Origin: Nitrosopumilus sp.
Lineage (GTDB): Archaea > Thermoproteota > Nitrososphaeria > Nitrososphaerales > Nitrosopumilaceae
Assembly (NCBI GenBank): GCA_965204345.1
Contig: OZ241981.1
Span: forward strand, 1,952,001-2,016,000
Direction of reading: 5' to 3'
DNA length: 64,000 nucleotides
Below the pieces are notes generated by a model that did not search any database, was not told the DNA's origin, and worked only from the letters and a program-made list of their open reading frames with translations. This document shows, piece by piece, positions 1 through 10,015 of this stretch; positions within the stretch are counted from its first letter, which is position 1; every line of letters starts with the position of its first letter. A program made the translations under genes and the position numbers.

Positions 1-234
1 TATGATATCTGCACTAGATAATTTTGATTTATCTTCTAGTTTTTTGTTATCATTCTCAATTGATTCTTTGTTATCACGAATCTTTGTGTCAATGTACTTA
101 TATTGAGAGACATAGTCTGTCATGTCTGGTTCTTTCTTTGCTTCTGCAACTCCCATACCGCTAAATGGCAATATCATTGCGGCAATCAAGGATGCAAACA
201 GTATTGTTTTTGTTTTATTTGTTATGTTTTTCAT
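1..234 (-). CDS. Secreted hypothetical protein, N-terminal part (continues off the left edge)
   Basis: Not in ORF track. Hand translation from ATG at 234 gives MKNITNKTKTILFASLIAAMILPFSGMGVAEAKKEPD..., open to position 1, with a typical Nitrosopumilus signal peptide. Confidence 0.75.
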   Translation of the reverse strand, partial: MKNITNKTKTILFASLIAAMILPFSGMGVAEAKKEPDMTDYVSQYKYIDTKIRDNKESIENDNKKLEDKSKLSSADII

Positions 235-420
235 GTTATTACTAACCCCTATGTGCTTTCGTTATTTAAGCAGTTATATTGAGTTACGGCATGCTTCTTT
301 TTCAGCCAATTTATGGTGCATGCCAATTTTTTTATTATCAATAAACATTATTTCTGCAGTTTCAAGCCCTTTAAGAAATTCCTGATGTTGGCAATCAGTA
401 ACGTAAGTGCAAAGAATGTA

Positions 421-565
421 ATGATAAATTTGGCCTATAGCGAGAAAGATGTTGTCTAAACAGGTCAAAAAAATATCAAAGATGAATTAGATAATTTAAG
501 AAAATCATCTCTGAGAATTTATCGTTAAATTTCAGTAATTAATTCATCAGAATTTGTCAAACCCG
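421..565 (+). mobile_element. Degenerate copy of ~160-bp MITE-like dispersed repeat
   Basis: tagataatttaagaaaatcatctc...ttaaatttcagt...catcagaatttgtcaaacccg aligns with 12278-12355; the left end is decayed. Confidence 0.7.
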
Positions 566-673
566 GATTGAACTGTCCTATGAAATGTCTAGAGTTTGTA
601 ACAGTGTAGGATAGAAAGATCAGTTAACTTTTTGTATCAAATTACCTAAAATCAAAATAATAGTCGATGAATA

Positions 674-1897
674 ATGAGTAAGAGTTTTGATACTTTTGTA
701 CATAATATAAAAAAAACATTAGAATTTTGTGAATTACGGGATTTTGAATCTATGACAGGTCATCAAAATGATGATGAATGGAAATCATTTTCCTCACATC
801 GCTATGCGGATAAAATAAATTATGATAATAGGTTTGTTATTACAAGACAAGCTAATCCTTATTATTTCAAATGTTTGGATTATTTAATAGGGCAACTAGA
901 CAAACCGTTTTCTGAAACATTTTACAACAAATTATTTCATGAATTTCTAGAGGAACAAAAAAGGAATAATTTTCAACTGACTGATTCTTGTAAAAAATTC
1001 ATAGACAAAATACATAGTATTAGAGAACCAGAATACAAATTTTTAATTCCCATAAGTCGCTCTCAACATTGGAAAAATTTGAATTTTGGAAAAATAAAAA
1101 TTGTTTTGCTTACTGAAGAAGTTTTAAAAGAAGAATTTAATCCATCTGATTCTCGCATTGCTAATTGTGAGGATCTCATAAAAACTAATGGCACTAATAT
1201 TTTCTCAATTGTAACAGTAAATGCCGTAGATGAAACTACTGCAAAAGAGATAGCCGAAGGGATGACTGAACGATATATTTACTCCAGAAAACTCTTAGAT
1301 CCTTTTACATTTATGCGATTAAGGAAAAATGATTTGCACCTAATTAATGAATCAATTCTAATGAGAAAAGATGATATGTTCTCTTGTGATCACTCTAATC
1401 ATGATATTCCGATAGGAAAGTCTCAATCTAAGCAATATTATGAAAAGTTAAAACCATATGAGGAAAAATTAAACAAATTCCTTTTTAATCCTACAACAGA
1501 CTTGCATAAAAAAATTTTAGATGCATTATACTGGTTTGGAGAAGTTGATCATTACAAAGACAGCAATATTAGAAAATTTTTGTCAAGAATTAATGGAATG
1601 GAAATAATTCTATTGAATAATTATACATGTCGTAAAAAATTTAAAAAGTTTGGCATTAATGCATCTTTATTTTTATACAAGGATGATACGCATGGGGTAT
1701 TTTATGAAAAGAATTATCTTAAAAGAAGCACCATAACTCATAAAACATTAGAATCCGTATCTGATCAAGAAGTATTAGATCAGATGTATGATCTAGGTGA
1801 GATTCTTTTAGCACTAATTGATCTTTCTACCAAATATTCCGATTTAGAGGGACTTTTAAAACAAGAATTTAACATAATTAATACAAATACGCCTTAG
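674..1897 (+). CDS. ApeA-like HEPN-domain protein (putative RNase/defence)
   Basis: C-terminal ALYWF...FL..INGMEIIL...YLKRSTITH matches the HEPN E...RxxxxH pattern; very AT-rich gene. Confidence 0.6.
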   Translation: MSKSFDTFVHNIKKTLEFCELRDFESMTGHQNDDEWKSFSSHRYADKINYDNRFVITRQANPYYFKCLDYLIGQLDKPFSETFYNKLFHEFLEEQKRNNFQLTDSCKKFIDKIHSIREPEYKFLIPISRSQHWKNLNFGKIKIVLLTEEVLKEEFNPSDSRIANCEDLIKTNGTNIFSIVTVNAVDETTAKEIAEGMTERYIYSRKLLDPFTFMRLRKNDLHLINESILMRKDDMFSCDHSNHDIPIGKSQSKQYYEKLKPYEEKLNKFLFNPTTDLHKKILDALYWFGEVDHYKDSNIRKFLSRINGMEIILLNNYTCRKKFKKFGINASLFLYKDDTHGVFYEKNYLKRSTITHKTLESVSDQEVLDQMYDLGEILLALIDLSTKYSDLEGLLKQEFNIINTNTP

Positions 1898-2078
1898 GCA
1901 AGGAATGCCACACACTAACTACAAGCAATCTGCCATACATCTGCCATCCTGATATCATTAGATCATCTGGTAACATCTTTGGTCATCTCTGGTCACTGCA
2001 AACACATCGTATTTCTGGACCATGTTTAACATGGCGGTAAAAATCCTAGTAAAGCATACAAGCTAACAGGCATGTTTT

Positions 2079-2222
2079 ACATACTTTACATAACCAAGTT
2101 TAACATACTTTACAAACCAAGTATTGCAATTTACAAATTATTTACTTAACATATGTGCCTAGCGGTATCGAAAAACCTGACCATTAGTGTACAACACTAG
2201 TGTACAACACTAGTAACAACAC
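2079..2222. repeat. Cluster of short direct repeats
   Basis: acatactttaca(t)aaccaagt at 2079 and 2103; tagtgtacaacac x2 plus one imperfect copy at 2185-2222. Confidence 0.8.
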
Positions 2223-2767
2223 TAATGTGCCACACAGAGTTAAATACGAAAAACCCATAGGTATGAAAATATTACGGATGCCATAAATGTTAAAATCGTG
2301 CCTAAAAAACGTGGACTAAGGTTAGATGCTGGCTTGTTATAGTCATCTATACTAAGATGATTTCTTATTATAGAAAACAGGGATATTCTATAACACGGTC
2401 CCATAACACGATTTCATGATATAATTATAAACAAAATTTCACACCTTGCCCATGATCCATGACGGGAGTTAGTATTACGCAGAGGGCAAGGTGCACACGT
2501 CGCAGTTTATAATAGGCATGGCTATTATTTATACCTCATTTATGCAATTGCCAGAATCTTTCATAAAAAATACACCCAAATTATTCTATAAAAAAGTGAT
2601 ACCAGTTCTGAAATTTCAGATATGCTTGTTTAGATACTGTAACATCATACAGGTGCATTTATCTTTGTAGCACAAACACTGTGAACAACACTTGAGACTG
2701 CAAGCTCACAGTGTTTGTAGCACAAACTATGTGACCAGTGTAAAAAATTTAACAGTAAGGAGATGAT

Positions 2768-2929
2768 ATGGAAACTATGAGAGTTGGAATTGGCGTGGAA
2801 CAGAAAAGTGTTTGTTCTGAATGTGGACATTCACTTACAAACCACATAATCACAGCAGACAGAAACTCACAAATTGTTAACGGAAAATGCAAGTCATGTC
2901 AATGTGATGGAACACTATCCATTGACTAG
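2768..2929 (+). CDS. Small zinc-binding protein (53 aa)
   Basis: Hand translation: METMRVGIGVEQKSVCSECGHSLTNHIITADRNSQIVNGKCKSCQCDGTLSID, with CxxCxH...H...CxxCxC. Confidence 0.55.
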   Translation: METMRVGIGVEQKSVCSECGHSLTNHIITADRNSQIVNGKCKSCQCDGTLSID

Positions 2930-3028
2930 TGTACAAAGTCTAGGCGTAAAATTAATGCTTTTATAAAATAAAATAAAGCAAAACATATAATCAAATGACA
3001 CTTTTAGTCAACAAAGTTAGGAATCAAG

Positions 3029-6000
3029 ATGAATAGTACTATAATTCTAGTGTTTTCTGTATTTCTTTTTGCAGGAGTCCTAGTTCCAGCACATGCACAA
3101 ATTTCTGAAAATGTGGTAATTAATGAAATAGATATCAATCCTCCCGGAGATGATTCTGCAGCTGTCTCTGAATGGATTGAACTATACAACCCGACTGATT
3201 CTGACGTTGACATTGGCGGGTGGGAAATTGCATCAACAACTGCCTTGAAAAAAACAATGACCATATCTTCAGACACTGTCATTGAACCTGGCCAATTTTT
3301 GACATATTCCTATCAAAGTCTTTGGTTTGCTGATACAAATGAATCTGTTGAACTCAGAGACGATGCCGGGGTTGTAATTGACAGCACTCCTTCGTTATCT
3401 GATACTAAAAATGATTTTACCTCTTGGCAAAGGCTCTATGATGGATATGATTCTGACAGTTCTGATGATTGGAAGTTTGTCGTATCTACAGCTGGCTCTT
3501 CAAACGGAAAACTAGTTGAAACGCAATCTTCTGAGGAATTATCTGTGACTGTTTTGGAACATGTCTCGTATATTTTTGGAGACGTTGCAGTAATTGAAGG
3601 AAGTGTTTCTAAAGAGGTTTTTGTCCTAAAGCCCTTTTTCAAGTCTGAACAAATTACTGTTACCATCACCGGTCCTGATTTTCATAAAATCATCACCTTG
3701 TATCCTGATCTTAATTTGAATTACAAAACTACTCTTAGCTTACATCAGGTATTGGGAATTAATGAGGGCACCTACAACGTATCTGTAGACTATGCCGGCG
3801 CAACTGCTGATACTAGTTTTTCAGTAGGTCATGAAATAATCAAAGAGGAAATTCAAAAAGAGGGCGACATTGGCATTCGTACCGATAAATCTCAATATCT
3901 TCCAGGCGAGACGGTCTCTATTGCTGGATTTGCAACTGATATTGTTCCTTTTCAGGGAATGAAATTTACTGTAACTGATGCCTTGGGCATTGTAGTTGAC
4001 AATGGAATTCTGTTTCCAACTGATGGTGAATTCCTGACTAGTGTTTTTCTGACCACAGTAGACCCCATTTATGGCGTTTATGACGTCTCTGCTGAATATT
4101 CTGACAAAACCATCTCTACCTCTTTTGAGGTTGTTGAGGATTTTAAAGAAAATACTGCAATATCTCTTTGGTCTGACAAGGTTGCATATCAAACAGGCGA
4201 TACAGTTACTCTTACTGGCAGGATAAATCAAGTTTGGATCAGTACATTGGATCTGCAAATTGTACAAACAAAGCAAAGTTCTATCAATACCCCTGGTAGC
4301 TATTCTGGGTTCAAAATTTTAGATAGTTTGAGAATATTGGGCGATGGCTCTTTTACATACTCGTTTGAAATTCCTGAGAATCCTTTAAGACAGGGTGATT
4401 ACAAGATTGATGTTTCCAAGGATATTGGAACTGCCTCTCTTCTTATTCACGTCGTAGATGATCCTGAAAATTTTGTCGTTTCATCTGATCGTTTAACTGT
4501 TGAAACTGATGCGCCTGTCTATGAACTTGGAGAATCTATGTCTCTTAGCGGTTTTGTTAAAAATCTCCTAACTAGTTCAAGCTATACTACCGGTTCTGTA
4601 GTTGATATCTCTGTTACTGATGAAAACGGGGATCCCATTGAAATTCTTACTCAATCTAATGTAGGCCAAAGCCCATCATTAACGTCTTATGATTTTACTG
4701 CAATTCCTGATACCTCTGGCAAATATTCAACCCAAATTGACATTGTCCCAAATTTTTTCAAAGTTGGAACTTATGTTATAACTGCACAATATAACACAGA
4801 TGTTGCAACTACCACTTTTTCTGTTGTTGATCCGTTGGATTTGAATAATAACAGATTGAGTGTTTCTATTGATAAAGACATCTATGGATTGGGAGAAGTT
4901 GTTCATTTGGATGGAATTGTTCCTCCACTAAGTGATCCATCCGTAGTCATCTCTGTCATCCGACCTGATGGAACTAGAACCGACTCTGGCGCTATACCTG
5001 AAAACCAGAGATTCTCTTTTAACTGGACTGTTCCTGCATACGAAAAACCCCCAATTTTAAAAGATGATGATGGTCGTAATGTTAGAATCTCTAATTATGG
5101 TGTCTACAAAATTACGATAGCAACTGTATCTCAAAGTACGAATCTTTTCTTTAAAGTTTCTGAGGATCCTGCTAATGACTCTTTATCCACTATTCCTCTG
5201 TTTGTTAGCACTGAAAAATCATTGTACAAGGCTGGCGAAAGATTGAAAGTTCTTGGAAATGTCATTCAACGTAGTCCGGGTAACGAAGGATTAGCTGTTA
5301 AAGAACGAGTACAACTACGAGTCATAGATGGGACATTCCCATTTGAGAAAATCCATGAGGCAAATGTTTATCCCACTCAGGGGGGAGAATTTTCAAGTTT
5401 GTTTGAATTACCTCCTACCATATTTAGTGAAGGTGAATACATAGTTCGTGCAAATTATAACAATGCTCAAACTGATACAAGATTCAGCGTAGCCAATGAT
5501 TTTGTCGTTGGAACAAACATTGATTTATCATTATTGTTGAATCTTGATAAACCACAATATCATCCTGGCGATGTTGTAGTTGTGTCTGGAAAACCTTCAA
5601 AGCTGATTTATCTTGAAAAATTTCAAGTATCCACCATCAAAAAATCTGATGCTGAAATAAATTGTGGCACTTTTATCTGTGGAACCAATACTGGTCCTGT
5701 TACCGAGATTAAACCCACACCTTCAGGTTCATTTGTACATGAATTTATGATTCCAAATGATGTCTCATCTATTGGTTCATATGAAACAACAGTAGATGCT
5801 GGTTTTGAAATCCGTTCCATTACATTTGATGTGATTGCAAAGCCCTCTTCAACATTGGATACTGTGATTGTAAAAGAAAATAGGATTTCTGAATCTGTCA
5901 TTTCTATTCCTACCGGGGAAAAAGCCGACGATGATGGTGTTTCTATTGCTCCTAGAGTGCTTACTGGTTCCTTGATTACTCCTTCTAGGGGAGAAGAATC

Positions 6001-6295
6001 AAATGTCAACCTTAAAGTATCCTCTGAAAACGGAACCTGCATTGTTGGCCCTGATGCTGACTGTCTGGTACAAGAATCTACTAGAAAACCAGGCCAAATT
6101 TATGATGTTGTTACTGTGGATGGATTAGATTACAATGTTAGGTACAGCGGCCCTGACGTACGCCTTGAAAAATTCAGTATTTTGCCTGAATCCCCTGATG
6201 AATTCCTGCCTGACACTAATTGGAGTGTTAAAGTAGTAAAAGACGAACAAATTTCACGATTTTATTACAAAATAACCTACAAAACTTTGGAATAG
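3029..6295 (+). CDS. Secreted lamin-tail-domain protein with repeated Ig-like/MG2-type modules
   Basis: Signal peptide; VVINEI..NP.G.D...EWIELYNP lamin tail motif; repeated 'TDKxxYxxGE.V.I.G' beta modules. Confidence 0.8.
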   Translation: MNSTIILVFSVFLFAGVLVPAHAQISENVVINEIDINPPGDDSAAVSEWIELYNPTDSDVDIGGWEIASTTALKKTMTISSDTVIEPGQFLTYSYQSLWFADTNESVELRDDAGVVIDSTPSLSDTKNDFTSWQRLYDGYDSDSSDDWKFVVSTAGSSNGKLVETQSSEELSVTVLEHVSYIFGDVAVIEGSVSKEVFVLKPFFKSEQITVTITGPDFHKIITLYPDLNLNYKTTLSLHQVLGINEGTYNVSVDYAGATADTSFSVGHEIIKEEIQKEGDIGIRTDKSQYLPGETVSIAGFATDIVPFQGMKFTVTDALGIVVDNGILFPTDGEFLTSVFLTTVDPIYGVYDVSAEYSDKTISTSFEVVEDFKENTAISLWSDKVAYQTGDTVTLTGRINQVWISTLDLQIVQTKQSSINTPGSYSGFKILDSLRILGDGSFTYSFEIPENPLRQGDYKIDVSKDIGTASLLIHVVDDPENFVVSSDRLTVETDAPVYELGESMSLSGFVKNLLTSSSYTTGSVVDISVTDENGDPIEILTQSNVGQSPSLTSYDFTAIPDTSGKYSTQIDIVPNFFKVGTYVITAQYNTDVATTTFSVVDPLDLNNNRLSVSIDKDIYGLGEVVHLDGIVPPLSDPSVVISVIRPDGTRTDSGAIPENQRFSFNWTVPAYEKPPILKDDDGRNVRISNYGVYKITIATVSQSTNLFFKVSEDPANDSLSTIPLFVSTEKSLYKAGERLKVLGNVIQRSPGNEGLAVKERVQLRVIDGTFPFEKIHEANVYPTQGGEFSSLFELPPTIFSEGEYIVRANYNNAQTDTRFSVANDFVVGTNIDLSLLLNLDKPQYHPGDVVVVSGKPSKLIYLEKFQVSTIKKSDAEINCGTFICGTNTGPVTEIKPTPSGSFVHEFMIPNDVSSIGSYETTVDAGFEIRSITFDVIAKPSSTLDTVIVKENRISESVISIPTGEKADDDGVSIAPRVLTGSLITPSRGEESNVNLKVSSENGTCIVGPDADCLVQESTRKPGQIYDVVTVDGLDYNVRYSGPDVRLEKFSILPESPDEFLPDTNWSVKVVKDEQISRFYYKITYKTLE

Positions 6296-6327
6296 CTTTT
6301 AAAATGATTTTATAATTTTTAATTAAA

Positions 6328-6819
6328 ATGAAATTACAGGTTTTGATGCTTTATCAAGATGATCCCAAAAAGTGTACAGCGGCAAAAATGGTAAAGTTTG
6401 GTCTTGTACAAAACATCAAGAAAATCGGAACCAAGGGATTGGTGTTGGATCCTTTCTCTGAAAAAACACTATTGCCTAGAGATAAGTCCACAATTCGCTC
6501 TATTATTGGAATTGATTGTTCGTGGAATCTTGCAAATCAGGCCTTTTCTGCAAAATTTGCCGGCATCAAAAGAAAATTGCCTCCCTTACTAGCTGGCAAC
6601 CCTGTAAATTATTCAAAACTAAACAAACTAACTACGGCTGAGGCAATATCTGCATCCCTGTTTGTTTTGGGATTTGAGGACCAAGCTATGAAGCTACTTG
6701 ACAAATTCAAATGGGGCCACACGTTTTATGAACTCAATCAAAATCTTCTAAAAGAATACTCTAAACTTGAAAATGAAAGCCAGATTGAACTAATTCTCAA
6801 GGATTATGGGTTGGGCTGA
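6328..6819 (+). CDS. tsr3: 16S rRNA aminocarboxypropyltransferase Tsr3 (DUF367)
   Basis: DDPKKCTA, IDCSW and RKLPPLLAGNPVNY motifs. Confidence 0.9.
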   Translation: MKLQVLMLYQDDPKKCTAAKMVKFGLVQNIKKIGTKGLVLDPFSEKTLLPRDKSTIRSIIGIDCSWNLANQAFSAKFAGIKRKLPPLLAGNPVNYSKLNKLTTAEAISASLFVLGFEDQAMKLLDKFKWGHTFYELNQNLLKEYSKLENESQIELILKDYGLG

Positions 6820-9290
6820 TTTCTCTTTTTCAGATATGCCGGCATTATACGTGCTGCTGCCGCTGCCACCCCCACTATTACTGCTGGAATGATCCAAATC
6901 CAATATTCTGGTTCATTTTCTGCAAATTCCATATTTTCGTATGTACCTGTGGGCATTTCCATCCTGTCTGCCGTTACCATAAAGCTTGATTCATAAAAAT
7001 CAGGTTTTGATACTTTTTCTGAAATTGCAAATATTTTGAGATTGTTTGCACCTATTCCTAACTCCCTTGTTTGCTCAGCAGGTATGTTAATCATGACATG
7101 ATCCTCTTTTACTTTAATCGTCTCTGATGATACCTTCTCTCCCTGGTTGTTTGTCAAAAAATACAGTATTGAATCTGAATTTTCAGCTTCAACTGTTATT
7201 ACAAGTTCCTTGTTTTGCTCTGCTGCATTTTTCATCTCTATGTTTTTTATTAACGGAAATTTGGGTTCTTCAAATTTTCCCCAACTGCCTTTTTTGAATG
7301 GATACGAGTCATCACCGTATGCTTTTGCCTTGATTGTTCTTGACTCTGGGGCATATGATTCTAAATAATATGGCCCATTACTTATCACCGCATGTTTTTT
7401 CTCCTCAATCCATTTTATTGACGAGTCATACCTTTTTTGATAATAGCTTGCGTCCTGACTGCCTTCTTTTAATGGCTCTGGTATGTAGTTTGTTTTTCTG
7501 AATTCCTGCAGATATTCTTTGATAATGTTTGCATCATTTGGAATTATCAGTGATAGCCAGCTGACATTTTTACTTGTGGCCCCTGACCTTGAAAATGATA
7601 CTTTGCCATCCATTACTGCTTTTTCCATGGCTGCCGTGATTTCCCATGGCATAGGGCTCCATATTGATGCCCACTCTGCTATCTCTCCCTCATCAAAGTG
7701 CCAATAATTTACATAGACTTCAATTGTTTCTTCGTCAATTTGGTTAACTCCTTTGATTGTCTGTATGCTTTGGGCTGCTCTGGGGGTGAATTCAGTATCA
7801 AACGTCTTGTCGTTTTCATCAACTTGGGTTCCCCACTCCATTGTAAAATAAAGTGAATGCAAAATATCATCCATATTCATTTTCTCTCCATTGTGCCAAT
7901 TGCTAAGTTTAAAATCAAATGTGACCTTGCTTGTTGCAACTGCATCCTTCTTTACTTTTTCCCATTTTTGCAATGCCGGATTCCATATTTTTGATTCTTG
8001 GTCTATTGGCACGCTTCCACTTGGCCCTTTGGTATCAACTTTCCATGTTGCCCTAACTGGAAATGTTTCTCCGGTAAACGGATGCTTAAATGTCGCAGGA
8101 TCTGAAATTATTCCCCAAATGTGCCTGCTATAGCTATCTGATAATCCCATTACTGGATTCCATGCCCCCTGATAGATCTGTTTGACTCCTATTGCAAATT
8201 CATCATGGTCCCCCTTTGCATTAATTGGCGTGAATCTGCTTGGAATCCCTGCCCCAAAATCATTTACTACTCCTGAAATATCCTCATTTACTATGTATTG
8301 ATCAACTCTGCTTGCCAAAAAAATTCTCACTGATTCATTTATTCCTTCCATGACTGCATCTTGAATTAACCCTGCCCTCTGCTGTTCTGTTTGAAAATCC
8401 CCCGTGTATATTTTCTGGGTTAACTCGTCTAATTTTTCATTTTGATAGTTCCAATATGACGGATCATTGAATCCTGGCATGTTTGAGAACCATGGCGAAT
8501 ACATGTGTCCTAATCCCGTTGAGTCATATTTTACAAATGCAGAACGATTCCATCCCTCTGTGTATAAACTCCATTTTAAATCTGAAGGATTTGAGCCGTA
8601 TACTACCACAAATGCCTTGTTTAGATCTCCGAATTCCTTTTTAACTGTAAATCCGATTTTCTCTAATTCGCCTGATAAAATCTCCCCGATGGACTTTCTT
8701 ACCGGATCATCACTTCTGATAAATATTGTAATTTCTATTGGCTTTCCATCCATTGCCCACTTGCTGTTTGTTTTTCTTGCCCCCTCTTCTTTTAGCTTCT
8801 CTGAGATGATTTTTTCTGCTAGTGTGGGATTGTATCTGAAATCAAATGTCTCTAACTGCTCAATTACTGTTAGATATTCTGGATCTGTTGACCCATAATA
8901 TGAAATGCTTGGAGACCCATAGCCTCCCATCAACTCATTTACAATTAGTTTTCTGTCTACCAAATAGTTTAACGCAAATCTGATGTCTCTGTTTGAAAAC
9001 GGATTGTATTCCTTGGCTTTTGCAGGATTTAGTAAAATACTGTAATATCCACCCGTGGAATCAAATACCTGCAATCCTTTTTCTGCATGGTTGTTTTCTA
9101 GTCTATCTGGCGAGATTGTAAAATAGTACGTGTCCAAATTGCCGTTTCTAACTTCCTCAAGCGCGGTATTTTCATCTAGATACTGTATGAATTTCACTGA
9201 ATCAAAATATGTGTTTTTTTCTGCAAATGATTCGTTTTGTGTTATTGCTATTATTGAAACAGCTAGTATTGCAACTAGCATTTTTTTCAT
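6804..9290 (-). CDS. Peptide/nickel ABC transporter substrate-binding protein (family 5), C-terminally anchored
   Basis: PFSNRDIRFALNYLVDR, WHNGEKMNMDDI and SNGPYYLESY motifs; C-terminal TM. Confidence 0.85.
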   Translation of the reverse strand: MKKMLVAILAVSIIAITQNESFAEKNTYFDSVKFIQYLDENTALEEVRNGNLDTYYFTISPDRLENNHAEKGLQVFDSTGGYYSILLNPAKAKEYNPFSNRDIRFALNYLVDRKLIVNELMGGYGSPSISYYGSTDPEYLTVIEQLETFDFRYNPTLAEKIISEKLKEEGARKTNSKWAMDGKPIEITIFIRSDDPVRKSIGEILSGELEKIGFTVKKEFGDLNKAFVVVYGSNPSDLKWSLYTEGWNRSAFVKYDSTGLGHMYSPWFSNMPGFNDPSYWNYQNEKLDELTQKIYTGDFQTEQQRAGLIQDAVMEGINESVRIFLASRVDQYIVNEDISGVVNDFGAGIPSRFTPINAKGDHDEFAIGVKQIYQGAWNPVMGLSDSYSRHIWGIISDPATFKHPFTGETFPVRATWKVDTKGPSGSVPIDQESKIWNPALQKWEKVKKDAVATSKVTFDFKLSNWHNGEKMNMDDILHSLYFTMEWGTQVDENDKTFDTEFTPRAAQSIQTIKGVNQIDEETIEVYVNYWHFDEGEIAEWASIWSPMPWEITAAMEKAVMDGKVSFSRSGATSKNVSWLSLIIPNDANIIKEYLQEFRKTNYIPEPLKEGSQDASYYQKRYDSSIKWIEEKKHAVISNGPYYLESYAPESRTIKAKAYGDDSYPFKKGSWGKFEEPKFPLIKNIEMKNAAEQNKELVITVEAENSDSILYFLTNNQGEKVSSETIKVKEDHVMINIPAEQTRELGIGANNLKIFAISEKVSKPDFYESSFMVTADRMEMPTGTYENMEFAENEPEYWIWIIPAVIVGVAAAAARIMPAYLKKRNQPNP

Positions 9291-9370
9291 AACCTTGTTT
9301 GCTAGGACATATAATAAAACCTATATCGTAATAACCTGCTCTTTTATCTCCCAAAACCTATATTTCTAAC

Positions 9371-10015
9371 ATGACTGAAAAATCACGATTGAAAATTCAT
9401 CCAAAAATGATTACTGGACTGCAAGGAATCATTGTAGGTGGCGTCTCCATGCAGGATTTTTGTGCTGTCACCAAAATAAATCCTCAAGATTCCAAGATTA
9501 TTTTAGAAGAATTTATCAGAAACGATATTGGAACAAAAAAAGACGATTTCTATTACTTTGAGGACGGAGATAAACTAAAGATTGCCGTTCTTTTACTTGA
9601 AAACGGACTTGCTTTGGACGAAATTTCAGTTGCCCTTGGTTGGAGGGATTTTGAAGGCCTGACTGCTGAAATCTTGCTTTCAAAAAATTTTGCTGTAATC
9701 AAAAACATGATGCTAACCAAACCCCGTATGGAAATTGATGTCGTTGGTATTAGGCTGGGCATTGCCATGCTGATAGACTGCAAGCATTGGAAACGCTATG
9801 GTGCTTCTGCACTAAATACTGCAGTACAAAAACAAATCAAGCGTACTAAACGGTATGTTGAAAAAACCCCTGGGGCCATTGCAGTACCTGTCATTGTTAC
9901 GCTGTATCAGGATAAAATCAATTTCATAGAAAACGTTCCTATTGTGCCTATTTTTCAATTTTCTTCATTTGTGGATGAATTTTATGGCAATATTGATCAA
10001 ATGAACACTATATGA
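9371..10015 (+). CDS. PD-(D/E)xK restriction endonuclease-like (Mrr-like) protein
   Basis: WRDFEGL...EIDVVG...IDCKHW motif. Confidence 0.75.
   Translation: MTEKSRLKIHPKMITGLQGIIVGGVSMQDFCAVTKINPQDSKIILEEFIRNDIGTKKDDFYYFEDGDKLKIAVLLLENGLALDEISVALGWRDFEGLTAEILLSKNFAVIKNMMLTKPRMEIDVVGIRLGIAMLIDCKHWKRYGASALNTAVQKQIKRTKRYVEKTPGAIAVPVIVTLYQDKINFIENVPIVPIFQFSSFVDEFYGNIDQMNTI

Noticed and set aside
122-468. ORFs 122-385 (+) and 274-468 (-)
   Set aside because: Shadow of, or upstream region for, the real minus-strand gene starting at 234.
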